Shown in pieces: positions 1 through 11,364 of a DNA stretch of 44,047 bases. The notes beneath the pieces were generated by a model. It was not told where the DNA came from. It saw only the letters and a program-made list of their open reading frames with translations, and did no database searches. Within the stretch, counting starts at the first letter, position 1. Every line of letters begins with the position of its first letter. The DNA is from a virus. Lineage: Duplodnaviria; Heunggongvirae; Uroviricota; Caudoviricetes. The position numbers and the translations under genes were made by a program. Where the stretch lies: IMG/VR virus record IMGVR_UViG_2671180473_000014; one strand, written 5' to 3'.

Positions 1-3000
1 ATACGCTATACCGTTAAAAATAATGGGCGGAATAATAATCTGGCGGTCAAAGTTATGATCATCGCTGATGGTGACTGTAACCGTACCGTTTGGTGTTTCC
101 GTGTTACCCCACGTACCGACTTTTTTCGGGAAGGCTTTTGATACAGCTTTAACGAAATCTCCTCTGACCTGGGTCGCCTCCAGCATGCCCTTAATCGTAC
201 AGTTCTGGTTAATCGTGACATTGTTGAGCGTTCCTGAGTTCGCATTCACACTACCACTGATATCCGCATTTTTAGCGGTCAGCTTTCCGTCTGATGTCAG
301 GGAAAATACCGGAGGACTGCCACCGCTGGTAATGGCGGGGGCTGTCAGGCGCTTCAGGAACACGTCGTTCATGAATATCTGGTTGCCCTGCGCCACAAAC
401 ATCGGCGTTTCATTCCCGTTTGCCGGGTCAATAAACGCGATACGGTTAGCGGCAACCAGAAACTGGCTCAGTTTGCCTTCCTCCGTGTCCTCCATGCTGA
501 GGCCAATACCCGCGACATAATGTTTGCCGTCTTTGGTCTGCTCAATTTTGACGCCCCACATCGCATTCCATTTATCGTTAGCGTCCTTCCACTCTTTCGA
601 AAACTCATCCAGTCTGCTGGCGTTATCCTCCGTCAGATCAACTTTTTCCAGCAGCTCTTTACCGAGATGGGATTCGGTTATCTTGCCTTTGAAAAAATCC
701 AGGTAACCTTCCGCATCATCGCTCGCCCGACCGACGGCCTCCACGAATGCCGATTTGCCAACGGTGTTCACACTGCGGATATAAAAGTAATAATCATGGC
801 CCGGTTTGATATTGATACTGGCGGCTATCCAGTACAGCCCCGCGCCAAGGTAGCGGGCTGTGGTTTCAACCTGCCTGATATCGGTAATCCGCGTTTCCGA
901 GAACCAGAACTCAAACTGTACCGTCGGATCATAAACCGCAAGATGCGGCGTGGCAGTTATCTGAAAATAGCCCGGCGTCAGCTCAATCCGCGACGGTGCT
1001 ACCGGTGCGGCAATCCTGAACGATACCGACGCCGGATCGCCCTGCTGTCCCCAGGCATTTACCGCCCGGACTGTCAGCGTGTACCGTCCCAGCGCCAGTT
1101 GCGTGAAGCGGTATGTGGTTTCCGTCGTCCGGGCCGTGCTGACCAGCCGCTCACTGCCGTCATCCGCTGCCACGGTCAGGCGAAGCATAAAGCTCACCCC
1201 CTTCACCACCTTCGGCGTGTCCCAGCGCGCCAGCACCTGATATTCCCCGCTGTCTGCGGTGACTTCGGCAGTCAGGTGCTGCACCGCTGGCGGCGTGACA
1301 CCATTCACCGTGCCGCTCTGGTCGCCGTCAAAGTGCGCCCCGTTATCCACGATGGCTTCTTTTTCCGGTACATGCTGCACGGCAGTGATGGCATACGTGC
1401 CGTCATCGTTCTCACGGATACTCACACAGCGGAACAGGCGCTGGCGCAACGTCGGCAGCTTCAGCCCCCACACGCTGTATTCAGCAACGCCGTCAGGAAC
1501 ACGGCTCACTTTCACCTTCACGCCGTCGGTGACGGACTGAACCTCCACGCTGACCGGATTGCCACTTCCGTCAACCAGGCTTATCAGCATGGTACCGGAG
1601 GATGGCAGCGTGATTTCACGGTCGAGCGTCAGCGTCCGGGTCTGGCTGTTTACCGCCAGCACGCGCCCGCCGATGCTGATACCCGCATAGTCATCATCAC
1701 AGATTTCAATGACATCGCCCGGCACATGGCGAAGCCCTTCTGCGCCCACGCTGAAGTCCACGGTCTGCGTTTCCAGCAGTTCTGTTTTAATCAGCCACAG
1801 CCCGGCGCGGTGTGCCTGCCNNNNNNNNNNNNNNNNNNNNNNNNNNNNNNNNNNNNNNNNNNNNNNNNNNNNNNNNNNNNNNNNNNNNNNNNNNNNNNNN
1901 NNNNNNNNNNNNNNNNNNNNNNNNNNNNNNNNNNNNNNNNNNNNNNNNNNNNNNNNNNNNNNNNNNNNNNNNNNNNNNNNNNNNNNNNNNNNNNNNNNNN
2001 NNNNNNNNNNNNNNNNNNNNNNNNNNNNNNNNNNNNNNNNNNNNNNNNNNNNNNNNNNNNNNNNNNNNNNNNNNNNNNNNNNNNNNNNNNNNNNNNNNNN
2101 NNNNNNNNNNNNNNNNNNNNACAGCGCATCGCCGAGCAGAAATCACTGAGCACATCCCACGCCTTGCGCTGTGTGGTCAGGTACGCATTACAGGTGATGC
2201 GCGGCTCCGTGCCGCCAAAGCCGTCCGGCACTGACTGGTCGCAGTACTGGCCGATGACATACAGCGCCCATTTGTCCACATCCGCCGCACCAAGACGTTT
2301 CCCCATGCCGTAGCGCGGGTGGGTCAGCATATCCCACAGACACCAGGCCATGTTGTTGCTGTATGCTGGTTTTAACGTTCCGTCCCAGATACCGCTGTAT
2401 TGTCGCGTCTGCGGGTTATAGTTCGACGGCACCTGCAGAATGCGCCCGCGAAGATGATAATTACGACTCACCTGCTGGCTGCCGAACTGCTCCGAGTCCA
2501 CCTGTACGCCGACCAGTGCAGTGTTCGGGTAGCACTGTTTCACATCGATGATTTCGGTGTATGACGACCAGAGCGTTTTGTTCTGCAGCTGGTCTGTGGT
2601 GCTGTCCGGTGTCATCCTGCGCATCCGGATACTGAACGGGCGCGGAGGCAGGTTATCCACCACCACCGAGACCAGATACTGCGAGGTGGTTTTGCCCTTA
2701 ATGGTGATGTCTTTTTCCGTCACCCAGCCACCGTTACGCTGTATCTGAACCAGCAGGCGGACTTCCGACGGATTCCTGTCTCCCTTTGAGGTGGTTTCCA
2801 CCAGTGCCTGTACACCGAAGGTAAAGCGCAGACGGTCGATGTTTGCCGACGTGATGGTCCGGGTGATCGGCGTGTCATATTTCACTTCCGTACCCAGCAC
2901 CGTCTCGGAGCCGGAGGATTCAAACCCCTCCGGCGGTGACTGCTCCTGCTCACCTGCCCGGAACACCACCGTGACGCCGGAGATGTTGGTATTCCCCTCA

Positions 3001-3164
3001 TTGTCCAGCACCGGCGTACTGTTCAGCAGCACGCTTTTTAATCCATCCACCGGACCTTCAACCGGCCCTTCACTGATGGCATCGATCACACTCAGCAGCT
3101 GCGTGGACTTCAGGTTGTCCTTCGCTTCGCGCGGGGTATGCCCCTTACTGCTGCCTTTACCCAT
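1..3164 (-). CDS. J: Tail tip / host-specificity protein J (partial: C-terminus lies beyond window start; interrupted by N-run 1821-2120)
   Basis: Reverse-strand ORF begins [34 protein letters not shown]..., recognisable as lambda-type J; the frame stays open to base 1 (reverse complement of bases 1-120 reads ...[39 protein letters not shown]). Confidence 0.9.
1821..2120. other. Assembly gap (300 N) inside J
   Basis: Run of n characters in the sequence. Confidence 1.
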
Positions 3165-3224
3165 TCCTCACGCTCCATAAACGACAAAACCGCCCGGAGG
3201 CGGTTTCACATAAAACATTTTGCA

Positions 3225-3872
3225 TCAGCGACCAATCACCACAACCTGACCACCATCCCCTTCGTCTGCCGTGCTGATCTCCTGAGAAACCACACGTGAC
3301 CCCACGCGCATTTCCCCGTACAGAACAGGCAGAACATTACCCTGGGCAACCATGTTATCCAGTGACGAGAAATACGTGTTCTGTTTGCCGTTATCTGTAC
3401 TGGCTGCCGTGGGCGTCCTGGCTTTCGGTGCCAGCATCTGCGCCACACCACCCAGGATCATACTGGCCCCTGCTGCATACATACCCGATACAGCCGCGGC
3501 CCCCAGCCAGCCCACAGGGTTCCACCATGCCACCGCAATCAGCGCCGCACCCAGCACCGCCTGAAACACACCGCCACTTTTGGCACCCGCCAGACGCGGA
3601 ACGATGTGGATCACGGCACCATTTGCCAGCGGTTCATTAAGACGGGCAGATAATTCATTTTCGCCTGCATCACGCCCGGCAATGCGCACCTGATACCAGC
3701 CGTCGCTCAGTTTCTGACGAAATGCCGGGAGCTGTGTGGCCAGTGCCCGGATGGCTTCGGCCCCCGTTTTCACACGAAGGTCGATGCGGCGGCCAAATCG
3801 CTGCAAATCCCCGTAAAGGCAGATGCGTGCCATGCCCGGTGACGCCAGAGGGAGTGTGTGCGTCGCTGCCAT
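3225..3872 (-). CDS. I: Tail assembly protein I
   Basis: 215-aa ORF MAATHTLPLASPGMARICLYGDLQRFGRRIDLRVKTGAEAIRALATQLPAFRQK... closely matching lambda I; start overlaps the 3' end of K as in lambda. Confidence 0.9.
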   Translation of the reverse strand: MAATHTLPLASPGMARICLYGDLQRFGRRIDLRVKTGAEAIRALATQLPAFRQKLSDGWYQVRIAGRDAGENELSARLNEPLANGAVIHIVPRLAGAKSGGVFQAVLGAALIAVAWWNPVGWLGAAAVSGMYAAGASMILGGVAQMLAPKARTPTAASTDNGKQNTYFSSLDNMVAQGNVLPVLYGEMRVGSRVVSQEISTADEGDGGQVVVIGR

Positions 3873-4731
3873 TTGTCGGTATACCTCTCTCGTTTGCTCA
3901 GTTGTTCAGGAATATGGTGCAGCAGCTCGCCGTCACCACAGTAAATGGCGGCATGATTCGGCACCGATGAACCAAAACAGCACAGCAGCACATCGCCCGG
4001 CTGCGCCGTTGACAACGGCACCTGATACAGCCCTGTAGCCTCCAGATTATCCAGATAGAGATTCTGACCATTACGCCACCAGTCGTCCTCACGATGAAAA
4101 TCTGGCATCTCAATTCCCGCCAGATGGTAAGCGTCCCGGAACAGCGTGTAACAGTCCGTCACCCCGTGCTCAAAGCGCCGCCCGGTGAGNNNNNNNNNNN
4201 NNNNNNNNNNNNNNNNNNNNNNNNNNNNNNNNNNNNNNNNNNNNNNNNNNNNNNNNNNNNNNNNNNNNNNNNNNNNNNNNNNNNNNNNNNNNNNNNNNNN
4301 NNNNNNNNNNNNNNNNNNNNNNNNNNNNNNNNNNNNNNNNNNNNNNNNNNNNNNNNNNNNNNNNNNNNNNNNNNNNNNNNNNNNNNNNNNNNNNNNNNNN
4401 NNNNNNNNNNNNNNNNNNNNNNNNNNNNNNNNNNNNNNNNNNNNNNGACCAGCCACCACGACAAATCACTCTGCACCTGCAGCCGCCGGTCGGCCTCACT
4501 CAGCCAGGGCAGACCACCGGGGTGGCTGTGGACCAGCGCCACAATCTCACCCTGCATCTCTGCCTGCAGCCAGTCCTCCGGAGCCATCCGGAAATACTCC
4601 TCCGGCTCACCGGAAATATTCACGCAGGGAAAATATCTTTCCCCCTCCGGTGTTCTCACCACGAAGCCGCACGACTCCGCTGGCGCACATCGCCGGGCGT
4701 GCGCCAGAATCGCTGATTCTGTCTGTGTCAT
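3770..4731 (-). CDS. K: Tail assembly protein K (NlpC/P60 plus JAB/MPN type); interrupted by N-run 4190-4446 so true length unknown
   Basis: N-terminal part MTQTESAILAHARRCAPAESCGFVV...EMQGEIVALVHSHPGG (MPN-like) and C-terminal part ...LTGRRFEHGVTDCYTLFRDAYHLAGIEMPDF...NHAAIYCGDGELLHH on either side of the gap, same frame family as lambda K. Confidence 0.85.
4190..4446. other. Assembly gap (257 N) inside K
   Basis: Run of n characters. Confidence 1.
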
Positions 4732-4736
4732 GGGAT

Positions 4737-5435
4737 TTACTGCGAAAGTTTGTTAATGGAAAGGAAGCCGCCAAAGTTGCCGACGTTATTGCGGAACTTA
4801 CAACCGCTCAGGCATTTGCTGCATTTATCCTTCGTGATATCGGACGTTGGCTGGTCATATTCATCCGCGACAGCCGGACCGTGATAACCGCACTCATCAC
4901 CGCGATAGGTCCAGGTGCAGGTATTAGCAAGCATGATGCGCCCCGGAAAAACAGCGCCGTCCGTTTCCGTCGGCGTGGACAGTACAAAGGAGGCACTGAC
5001 CGCGCTCAGTTCGCTGCACTGCTCAATACGCCAGCGGCTGATCACCTCCTGCTCCGGATCGGCGTCACTGTTTCCGTTGACGAAGTTCACCGCATCCAGA
5101 AAACGGGCGTAAACCTTACGCCTGACCACCGTTCCGCCGACCAGACTCTGCAGGTCTTCCGCCATCCCGGTGACCATGCCGTGCAGATTAGAGACTTTCA
5201 GCGTTGGCCTTGCACTGGCACCTTTGCCGTTCATCTCAAATCCACTCCCCTGAATGGGATAGGCCTGATACTGCCGACTCTGCCAGGTGACAGACTCTCC
5301 TTTCTCGTTCTGCTCATTGCAGAAAAAGTAGCGATCCCCGCCTACCTCGGTCAGGTCGATTTCCCAGAGCACCACGCTGGCCGACTGCTCCGCACGAATG
5401 CATTCATTCAGCGTTTCCTGTTGTATGTCCTGCAT
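4737..5435 (-). CDS. L: Minor tail protein L
   Basis: 232-aa [55 protein letters not shown]..., lambda L-like; abuts K and M. Confidence 0.9.
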   Translation of the reverse strand: MQDIQQETLNECIRAEQSASVVLWEIDLTEVGGDRYFFCNEQNEKGESVTWQSRQYQAYPIQGSGFEMNGKGASARPTLKVSNLHGMVTGMAEDLQSLVGGTVVRRKVYARFLDAVNFVNGNSDADPEQEVISRWRIEQCSELSAVSASFVLSTPTETDGAVFPGRIMLANTCTWTYRGDECGYHGPAVADEYDQPTSDITKDKCSKCLSGCKFRNNVGNFGGFLSINKLSQ

Positions 5436-5773
5436 CAGATCACCACTTCGTCAAACTGACACGAAAAATCGGTATAGGTGATATGTTCTGTCGCTGACCA
5501 CGTTCGACACACCACTCTGATTTTTCTGTTAATACCCGGCGGGCGCCAAAAAAAAGATTTATAGCCTTCATGCCGGGCTAAAAATTTTTCAAATGAATCA
5601 CGTTCATTCGCCTCAACTTTGAAATCACAGGTGAAAACGCGCAGAGAATGATTAAGTCCATTTGGACTTCGTTGCTCATAACCATCACCAAATCTTACAG
5701 TTTTTATCGATGGTTTATTTTCTGTTTTCATTCCATCCTCTGGTAACCAGTGAAATTCTTCCGTATTAGCCAC
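5435..5773 (-). CDS. M: Minor tail protein M
   Basis: 112-aa ORF with ...[16 protein letters not shown]...KSFFWRPP...QFDEVVI resembling lambda M; overlaps the tape measure stop and the L start. Confidence 0.8.
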   Translation of the reverse strand: MANTEEFHWLPEDGMKTENKPSIKTVRFGDGYEQRSPNGLNHSLRVFTCDFKVEANERDSFEKFLARHEGYKSFFWRPPGINRKIRVVCRTWSATEHITYTDFSCQFDEVVI

Positions 5774-8700
5774 TTAACATTCCCCCATCACGTCGCATAT
5801 TTAACAGATTGCCCTGCACCCGCTGATCAACCATCCCCATAAGTGCTTTTATTGCCTGAGGGCCAATCTCTCCATTCTGGCCGTCATTTTGAATAGTGAT
5901 TTGGTATACAGGGGCATAGGTAATATCTCCGCCTCCATTACCACTTTTACTATTAATAGCTCTGACACCAAGAGAACCATCGGAAGTTCGTGTTAATGGC
6001 ATAATGGCTTCCGGTCCAGCCTCACCAAAAACACCAGCCCCTTTTGCAAAAGCAAAAAATTGCGGGGAATCATAAATACCGTTCGAATACGTGCTCAATG
6101 ACGGAGACTCATAAACACCGCCCTTTGCATTCGGAATAAATTTACTAATAGCACTCCCGATAGTTCCTAAAATCCCCCCAGAAGAACTGTTACTAATGCT
6201 GTCGAAAATCCCAGTAATTGAAGCCTTTAATGCTATTCGACTAAGATCCGAAATCACGGAAGTAGCGAAAGAACGAAAATTTGCCTTGCCTGTCGTGACA
6301 AAATCACCCAGCGCATCGGTCATCCCATCAAACATCTGAGTCGTGGTTGATTTTATCTGCTCACTGATATCCTTAGTGTCATCCAGCCAGTTATTGAATC
6401 CCTGGGAGGCACCACTAACCCAGTCTCCTGCCTGAATATCGAGCTGCTCGTTTTTCTGTCTGACAATTTCTTTTTCCCGTTCCAGAGCATCATTCAGAGC
6501 CTGCATTTTCTCTTGAAAAACATGATCTGACATTCCACGGGATTTATCTGCATAGTCACGTTCAAGTTGCAGACGCTGATTGTTATATCCATGTTCAATC
6601 CGCAGTAATTCCTGCTGGCGTTGCTGATTTTTATCGCCAACCCCATAACCAGCAATCTGAATATCATACCCCTGCTGACGATTATCAATCGAAGCCTGCA
6701 ATGAATCACGCCATGCTGTTATTTCGGCGGATTCCTTGATTAGCCTGTTATTTTTTTCAATCGCAACATTTTTCTCCATCAACGTGGTTATTTCTTCCCG
6801 GTGTAAGAGAAGCGATTTCTGATCCTGGGTTAATTTCGATGATGGTCGTGACTCTAGGTCGGCAATCCGCTGACGCCACTTAACCAGTTCCTGTTCAGAG
6901 GAACTTAATTTAACGGTCAACTCAGCTTGTGAACTTAGTAACGCATTCTGTTGATTCAGATGATCAATCATTCGTTGGGCTGCATCATCAGAATAACCTT
7001 TCGCCTTTGGTTGCTTTGGATCTTTATAACGCTCATTTATTTGAGCGATAAGATTATTATATTCTTCCTTTGAATACTGATTCTTTAGCTTTTCCAGTTT
7101 TGCAAGTTCACTAGCTCTCTGCTGCTCCCGGGTCTGATATTGTTTTGAAAAGGCATCTGCTCTCTGTCTGAGTTCAATTCCTTCCTGTTGTCGCTTGTTG
7201 TAATCGTTTATTGATGAATTTAGTACGTCCTGAGCAATTTTTTCTGCTTGAAGTACGCCCAATTGCTGCTTTAATCGTGCCAGCCTTTTATTTTGAGCTC
7301 CGCCATCTCCAATGCCACCTAACCCGAAAACTCCGGGTCGGGTATTTTTTTCTATTTCATCAATTTGACGGAGAACATCTGAGATTTTTTGATCAAGGGA
7401 GGCCTCACGGCCAATATCCAGCATGGAATCCCATGCCCATTTTGCGGAGTCTGCGACAGCTTTCCATGCAGTCTCAAGATAACCAAGATTTTCTTTAATC
7501 TGGTTGGTGCGCTGGATCATTGAGGATGAGTATTCTTCTGTCGCAATGCGGGCGGCCTCCTGCTGGTTCCCTTCATCCTGTAGCGCCTTAATCTGGTTAT
7601 AAGTCGCAAGTGTCAGAAAATGGTACTGATCATTAAGTTTTGATATGGCACTGACAGGATCCTTTGCAATTTCATTGAAGTCATTAACCAGTTGTTCGGT
7701 TGATATTCCTGTTACTTCGCTCGTTTTTACTATCGCTGTCGTCACTTGCTCCAGCGAACTGCTCGCTACCTTTCCCGAACGCACAAGCTGATTTAATACT
7801 GCCGCCGCAGCACCAGTTGTCGAATCAGCCGCATTCCCGGCACGTTGAGCTATATCGCCCAATTGCCCGCTGGTTGTCCCCAACTGATTTCCGGTAAGAA
7901 TAAGAGATTTATTAAATTCGTCCTGCTCCTGAGAGCCTTTATAGTAAGCCAGTCCTAAGACCCCAACGGCTGCTGCGGCCAGGGTAAAAGGATTAATTAA
8001 TCCCAGCACATAAGAACCTACACCTTTGATCGCCGGGCCAATCCCACCGAACATATCTTTTAGCTGGCCGCCCTGCTGCATTAACACCATAAATGGCGAC
8101 TGACCAGTGGACAACCCAACAACAATATCCGTCATTTGTACAGGCAACATGCGCATAGCAAAAGCCGTTTGTTTTGCCGACATTCCGGTTTTGCTTAATT
8201 GTGATTGAGTAACCTCAAGCTCACTCCGCATAGCACGAAGTTTTCCAGAAAGCTCCTCATACATTTCAGGAGAAAGCATCCCCTTAGCTTTTGCTTCATT
8301 GAGCTGTTTCTGTTGTTCTACCAGACGATTAAAAGCAGTTCCGACAGGATCAAGTTGAGCAATCAGACGTTGCAAAGCAACAACCTGTTCATCATGCGCT
8401 TTTGCTGCTTCTCGCTCTGCCTGAGCCTCTCCGGTAAGCTCTCGCCGTGTTTCCTGTATTTTTCGGCTATAATTCTCAAACTGAGAACCATTTATTTTCC
8501 CGGATGCAAACGCAGCATTAAGTTCATCATGCTGTTGTTCAAGATTTCTTAGCGCCGCAGCCAGAGGGTCGATCTTGTCCAGCATTCTTTGAAAGGCCTG
8601 AGCCTGCGCTTCCTGCTGGGCGGCAGCAAGTTTTCCGGCCTTCTCGGCTTCTCTCTGCGCTTGCGCAACCCCGCTCAATTCCTCTGTGGTTTCATTAAGT

Positions 8701-8999
8701 TTACGGACAAGAAATTCATATTCTTCTTTATCAATAAGCCCTTTATCGAAAAATTTCTTTAATTCAGAATAGCGTCGACCGACAGTATCAATTGCGGCAC
8801 CAACTGGATCAATAGCTGCTTTTAATTTTGCGAGCGCGTTCTTCTCATCTTCTGTTGCCTTAGTCACTTTCCCTGCGCTATTTGCAGCAGTTTCCCCAGC
8901 CTGCGTCATTTTGACTAATGAGGAGGTCAGATTGTCAGCATTATTTTTCGCTCCAGTGCTATCAATAATTATTGCGAGACGCGAGGTTTGCTCTGCCAT
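5766..8999 (-). CDS. Tail tape measure protein (1077 aa)
   Basis: Very long coiled-coil-rich ORF (repeated AQ/EQ/KL-rich heptads), internal hydrophobic segment (...[30 protein letters not shown]...), position between the G/GT chaperone and M. Confidence 0.9.
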   Translation of the reverse strand: MAEQTSRLAIIIDSTGAKNNADNLTSSLVKMTQAGETAANSAGKVTKATEDEKNALAKLKAAIDPVGAAIDTVGRRYSELKKFFDKGLIDKEEYEFLVRKLNETTEELSGVAQAQREAEKAGKLAAAQQEAQAQAFQRMLDKIDPLAAALRNLEQQHDELNAAFASGKINGSQFENYSRKIQETRRELTGEAQAEREAAKAHDEQVVALQRLIAQLDPVGTAFNRLVEQQKQLNEAKAKGMLSPEMYEELSGKLRAMRSELEVTQSQLSKTGMSAKQTAFAMRMLPVQMTDIVVGLSTGQSPFMVLMQQGGQLKDMFGGIGPAIKGVGSYVLGLINPFTLAAAAVGVLGLAYYKGSQEQDEFNKSLILTGNQLGTTSGQLGDIAQRAGNAADSTTGAAAAVLNQLVRSGKVASSSLEQVTTAIVKTSEVTGISTEQLVNDFNEIAKDPVSAISKLNDQYHFLTLATYNQIKALQDEGNQQEAARIATEEYSSSMIQRTNQIKENLGYLETAWKAVADSAKWAWDSMLDIGREASLDQKISDVLRQIDEIEKNTRPGVFGLGGIGDGGAQNKRLARLKQQLGVLQAEKIAQDVLNSSINDYNKRQQEGIELRQRADAFSKQYQTREQQRASELAKLEKLKNQYSKEEYNNLIAQINERYKDPKQPKAKGYSDDAAQRMIDHLNQQNALLSSQAELTVKLSSSEQELVKWRQRIADLESRPSSKLTQDQKSLLLHREEITTLMEKNVAIEKNNRLIKESAEITAWRDSLQASIDNRQQGYDIQIAGYGVGDKNQQRQQELLRIEHGYNNQRLQLERDYADKSRGMSDHVFQEKMQALNDALEREKEIVRQKNEQLDIQAGDWVSGASQGFNNWLDDTKDISEQIKSTTTQMFDGMTDALGDFVTTGKANFRSFATSVISDLSRIALKASITGIFDSISNSSSGGILGTIGSAISKFIPNAKGGVYESPSLSTYSNGIYDSPQFFAFAKGAGVFGEAGPEAIMPLTRTSDGSLGVRAINSKSGNGGGDITYAPVYQITIQNDGQNGEIGPQAIKALMGMVDQRVQGNLLNMRRDGGMLSG

Positions 9000-9014
9000 T
9001 TATTAAAACTCCTG

Positions 9015-9044
9015 ACAACAAAAAACCCACCGCGAAGTGGGTTT
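9015..9044 (-). terminator. Stem-loop plus U-tract just upstream of the tape-measure start (possible attenuator / partial terminator)
   Basis: Minus strand reads AAACCCAC-TTCGCG-GTGGGTTT followed by TTTTGTTGT; 8-bp stem, 6-nt loop, T-rich tail, sitting in the 165-nt gap between the GT stop and the tape-measure ATG. Confidence 0.3.
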
Positions 9045-9164
9045 CAGGCGACATAATAGTAGATATAGCGATTACGAGGCCACGCAATGCTTTTCTCCAG
9101 GAGCATCATCGATTTAATTAAAGACACCATCACATCTCTGTAACAGAGTGTACGTAATTAACAA

Positions 9165-9934
9165 CTACACACACTGCTCCTGAAAATACTGGTCATCCAG
9201 TGCAAAGATCACTGCTTCAAATTCATCGCGCTCAATCAATACCGGATGAGTGGCTAAATATTCATTTATCTCTGTCAGAGATAAAGGCAAAGGCACCCCA
9301 GCCATTCCAGCATAACGTCGGGCACGGGATATTACCGAATAGGCGTACAACAACTCCTTAAGCACCGGGTCTATTTCTGGTTCCGGTATCGGTGGCAACC
9401 TGAGTTTTTCTCGCTTCCATCTTGCCTTTTCCCCCCTTTCTCCCCCGAACTCCGATAACCACCGCTGGGCAGCTATGGCTTTTTTATCGTATCCTGCTTC
9501 TGCTGCTCTTTACCCTGGGCGATGCTGGCTGCTTCTGCAAGGATCTGCCAGTACAACTCTGGATTCTGCTTAAGCAGCGCGATCCCTCGTTCTGCCGTAT
9601 ATTCCAGTGCAACCTCAACACCATTAACCAGTTCACCAACCCCTTTCCAGTCTTTCAGCAGATAACGAGCGGCATTATCAATGAGTAAATCATCAACAGA
9701 ATCCACCTCGGAAACCTTTGAAATATCAAACTCCTTCGTTCCGACGTGCAAACTGGCATCCATTTTCTCAATGTGGCGACGGATTAATGCATTACGGGAG
9801 CGATACTGATCGTTATCGCTGCTTGCCACCAACAGTTTTAACCCGTCTACAGGTTTTAAGTCCTTCATTGGCGTAAACCAGCGTTCTCCACCAATGATAA
9901 TTTTCTGATTAAGAATAAACATCCATAACCTCAT
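9165..9934 (-). CDS. Tail assembly chaperone GT (predicted -1 frameshift fusion product)
   Basis: The -1 frame is open from the heptamer A_AAA_AAG (9479-9485) through the 77-aa ORF ending at 9165 (…KKAIAAQRWLSEFGGERGEKARWKREKLRLPPIPEPEIDPV...); no stop codon between the shift site and the downstream ORF. Confidence 0.6.
9473..9934 (-). CDS. G: Tail assembly chaperone G
   Basis: 153-aa ORF directly upstream of the tape measure; ends ...KQDTIKKP-stop; contains the slippery heptamer near its 3' end. Confidence 0.7.
   Translation of the reverse strand: MRLWMFILNQKIIIGGERWFTPMKDLKPVDGLKLLVASSDNDQYRSRNALIRRHIEKMDASLHVGTKEFDISKVSEVDSVDDLLIDNAARYLLKDWKGVGELVNGVEVALEYTAERGIALLKQNPELYWQILAEAASIAQGKEQQKQDTIKKP
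9479..9485 (-). other. Programmed -1 ribosomal frameshift slippery heptamer A AAA AAG
   Basis: Minus-strand sequence ...ACG ATA AAA AAG CCA TAG in the G frame; identical in form to the classical X_XXY_YYZ heptamer known from E. coli dnaX. Confidence 0.6.
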
Positions 9935-9982
9935 TCAATGCGTCCCCCTGTAGGGCAGTACCACAGGAGGAATAACGGAAAA

Positions 9983-10945
9983 TCAACTAATCGCCTCAGC
10001 ACTGGCTTTTGCGATCACGGCAGCCGGGGAATTTTTTTTTCTGGTTATCGTAGGTGCTTCATCTGCTGCGGTAATGCTCAATTGAACCTGGATAATGTCG
10101 CTATTACCCCCATCAGGCCATTCACCTGACACCTGAACCTTCGGGAAACTGAAAGTGTATGCCCCCTCTCCATTCGAAAGCGTGAAGCTGAACGGAACTG
10201 TTTCTCCAGTCAGTGTTTTACTCCAGATTTCCCACGCGGCTTTAGACCATGAAAGCGTCACCGTACCGGACGGTGTAAAAGTAGTCGGAATATTTGCTCC
10301 TGCATAAGGCGAGCCAGTCCCGATACAACGCTGTGTCTGGAGTTTGTTATCGAACTGAATATCAAAACTGTCGATACAAAAACCGTTACCTCCGGCAACA
10401 CCATTCAGGCTTACTGCTGAAACCTCCTTAAACGAATAACGTAGCTTTCCTGCACTATCCACAGGTTCGCCTTTGATAAAATTCGTATCATCGGCCTTTG
10501 ATTCCCAGTCCAGTCCGGCAAAGGTTACGGTCGCTGTAATATCGCCGTCGTTAGGGATCTGCATTTTCCATGAGCCAACCTGCGCTCCTCTGACGACAGA
10601 GGCAATTCCGACATCGGACGCATAGGTCGCCAGAGAAAATGTTATTCGCTCATTCCCCATTGTCAGAGAATCGCCTGACCATTCCGCGCCGAAACAGGAT
10701 GCAAGAAAATCATCATGTTGACCCCAGCGAAATTTGGTACCAACATCACCGCCGACATCCACAGTGCCAGGCGTCGCCCCCTGAGCCATCCGGGAGCCAC
10801 CAATCTCATTATTTTCGCCTTTATTCTGGGTGGGTTTTACTCCCCAGCTTGTGCGTTTTAATAAACTCCAGTCACCACTTGCTGGCGTAGTGCCTGCAAC
10901 CGTCTCCCGGATAAATGCCGAGATAACCTTTGCACCTGAACTCAC
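9983..10945 (-). CDS. Major tail protein (V-like) with C-terminal Ig-like extension
   Basis: 320-aa ORF immediately upstream of G/GT; Gly/Thr/Ser-rich beta-type composition and a C-terminal segment typical of Ig-like (Big_2-type) decoration domains. Confidence 0.75.
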   Translation of the reverse strand: MSSGAKVISAFIRETVAGTTPASGDWSLLKRTSWGVKPTQNKGENNEIGGSRMAQGATPGTVDVGGDVGTKFRWGQHDDFLASCFGAEWSGDSLTMGNERITFSLATYASDVGIASVVRGAQVGSWKMQIPNDGDITATVTFAGLDWESKADDTNFIKGEPVDSAGKLRYSFKEVSAVSLNGVAGGNGFCIDSFDIQFDNKLQTQRCIGTGSPYAGANIPTTFTPSGTVTLSWSKAAWEIWSKTLTGETVPFSFTLSNGEGAYTFSFPKVQVSGEWPDGGNSDIIQVQLSITAADEAPTITRKKNSPAAVIAKASAEAIS

Positions 10946-10971
10946 AGGAGCCTCCTATGTCATTAATTGCG

Positions 10972-11364
10972 CTAGAGCGCGCGATATGGAATTTGAAGAT
11001 TAAGCTGGAACCAGCCATTCTTTTCGCCAACGGCTATTGAGGAAACAGCCTGGTAACTGAGACGATCGTCATCCTGAAACTCAAACAGTTCCCGCAATTT
11101 ATCGGCTGTCTCAGTAATGAGTTTTGAACCAGAACCTGCGGGGACAAATAACTGAATAATGATTATCCCCGTGCGATAAACAACCGGCCCCGCGCCAATT
11201 TCATTAACTCCAGCCTGCCCGGGAATATTACTTAACCGCGCCCAGATTAACTTACCGGAAGGATCGAACGTTGGCCCGTTCGGATACAATACGTCTTTTC
11301 CATCAATAATCGTCTGTGCCGTCATTCTGGAAATAACCGTATTTCTGATTTCAGTAAACTTCAT
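10972..11364 (-). CDS. Tail terminator / tail completion protein (U-like, by position)
   Basis: 130-aa ORF between the head-tail joining genes and the major tail gene; assignment by synteny and size only. Confidence 0.45.
   Translation of the reverse strand: MKFTEIRNTVISRMTAQTIIDGKDVLYPNGPTFDPSGKLIWARLSNIPGQAGVNEIGAGPVVYRTGIIIIQLFVPAGSGSKLITETADKLRELFEFQDDDRLSYQAVSSIAVGEKNGWFQLNLQIPYRAL

Noticed and set aside
68-2313. Plus-strand ORFs 68-520 and 520-2313 (150 and 597 aa)
   Set aside because: They are antisense to the well-supported J gene; the 597-aa frame also reads through the N-run. Their Arg/Pro/His-rich composition is typical of reverse-strand artefacts of GC-rich coding DNA.
1709-4756. 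ORFs whose translations consist largely of X (for example 1709-2149, 1787-2155, 1812-2234, 4094-4756, 4170-4499, 4185-5459, 23634-24356, 23672-24043)
   Set aside because: They are open only because N-runs have no stops; they are not evidence of coding.
6494-8552. Plus- and minus-strand ORFs nested in the tape-measure gene (6494-6709, 7211-7498, 7700-7897, 8205-8552)
   Set aside because: They overlap a long, clearly coding tape-measure frame, have no RBS seen, and show low-complexity translations.
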